From Polyangiales bacterium (GTDB lineage Bacteria; Myxococcota_A; Polyangia; Polyangiales; JADJQN01), in contig CAXNJO010000005.1 in NCBI GenBank assembly GCA_964202905.1, forward strand, positions 224,001-288,000: a DNA stretch of 64,000 nucleotides, in the 5' to 3' direction. The position numbers and the translations under genes are program-made. The notes under the pieces were generated by a model, which searched no databases, was not told the DNA's origin, and saw only the letters and a list, made by a program, of their open reading frames with translations. This document shows positions 62,889 to 64,000 of this stretch, in pieces (within the stretch, counting starts at the first letter, position 1; each line of letters begins with the position of its first letter).

Positions 62889-64000
62889 TCAGGGCGCGTC
62901 CTCCCACGGACGCGGGCCCTCGGCGAGCTCCTCCTCGGGGAGCCTCGGGGCCTCGACGGTGCCGACGACGCCCTCGCCGTGCCGCTCGAAGAGCTCGACG
63001 TTCAGCCGCGCGAGCAGCGGCGAGAGCGACGCGCGGTCGAGCGCGCTCACCGCGACGGCGCCCGTGCTGCGCGCGATGGCGGCGGCGTGCCCGGCGATCA
63101 GGCGATCGGTCTTGTTGTAGACGATCGACCTGCGGCACGCGGTCGAGGTCGAGGTCCGCGAGCAGCGCCTCCGTCGTCTGCATGTGCAGCTCGTGCGCCG
63201 GGTCCGAGAGGTCGACGACGTGCAGCAGGAGATCGGCGTCCTGCGCCTCCTCGAAAGTGGCGCGAAACGCTGAAAAAAGGGCCTTCGGTAGGTCGCGGAT
63301 GAAGCCGACGGTGTCGGTGATCACGACCTCGCGCTCCTCCGGGAAGCGGATGCGCCGCGAGCGCGTGTCGAGCGTCGCGAAGAGCTTGTCCTCGACGAGC
63401 ACGGCGCTCTCGGTGAGCGCGTTCAGCAGCGTGCTCTTGCCCGCGTTCGTGTAGCCGACGATCGCGACGATCGGCACGCCGCGGCGCGCGCGGCGGCGGC
63501 GGCGCTCGACGCGCTGCTTCGCGAGGTGCTTGAGCTGGTCCTCGAGCTGCGAAACACGGTCGTTCGCGCGGCGACGGCCGATCTCGATCTTGGTCTCGCC
63601 GGGGCCGCGCCCACCGATGCCGCCCGTCAGCCGCGAGAGCGCGTCGTCCTTCTGGCCGAGGCGCGGGAGCAGGTATTTCATCTGCGCGAGCTCGACCTGG
63701 AGCTTGCCGTCGCGGCTCTCGGCGCGCTGCGCGAAGATGTCGAGGATGAGCTGCGTGCGGTCGATCACCTTGAGATCGGTGACGCCCGCGATGGCCGCCG
63801 CCTGCGCGGCCGTGAGGTTGCGGTCGAAGATGAGGACTTCGACGTCGTCCTGCATCGCGCGGATCACGACGTCGTCGAGCTTGCCCTTGCCGAGCACGAA
63901 CTTCGGATCGACCTGATCGCGCACCTGCAACACGGTGTCGACGACCTCGACGCCCGCGGTGCGCGCGAGCTCGCGCAGCTCGCGCAGCGACTCGTCCGCG
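62889..64000 (-). CDS. hflX: GTPase HflX (5'-truncated; frameshift near 63130)
   Basis: [34 protein letters not shown] and DTVGFI; NKTD and VSA lie in the shifted frame. Confidence 0.95.

Overview
Very GC-rich (roughly 75% by eye) bacterial DNA. It is most likely a myxobacterium of the Polyangia/Sandaracinaceae type, inferred from a MYXO-CTERM-like tail, many Cys-rich 'DAG'/MopE-repeat lipoproteins and kinase-TPR/PEGA-lipoprotein clusters. About 45 genes can be supported. Recognisable ones are a cysQ-like gene (partial), a GT2-TPR glycosyltransferase, a Ser/Thr pseudokinase, a GH5, an aldo/keto reductase, a PHP lipoprotein, DUF455 plus an ATP-grasp protein, feoAB with a Fur-like box, a NuiA-like lipoprotein, NUDIX, DUF2141, a desaturase/SDR pair, MMPL, mgtE, a UvrD/Rep helicase, two tandem alpha-2-macroglobulin-like genes, GST, an AAA+DUF4143 ATPase, an OPT transporter, a HEPN-like/FGE-sulfatase fusion, an RlmN-like radical SAM enzyme, a VWA lipoprotein and hflX (partial). 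About 20 apparent single-base frameshifts, including one in hflX, suggest an unpolished long-read assembly; joined gene models are given where the frames clearly continue one another. No rRNA, tRNA, CRISPR array, transposase, integrase or reverse transcriptase was seen. Most notable observations: (1) a single-gene AAA+/PD-(D/E)xK cassette bracketed by a 39-bp duplication of the GST 3' end, with a tandem palindromic operator pair; (2) several similar AT-richer palindromic islets elsewhere; (3) a HEPN-like/coiled-coil/CLec fusion that may be a remote DGR target; (4) a lower-GC five-gene envelope operon; (5) a thioester-less A2M-like paralog pair.
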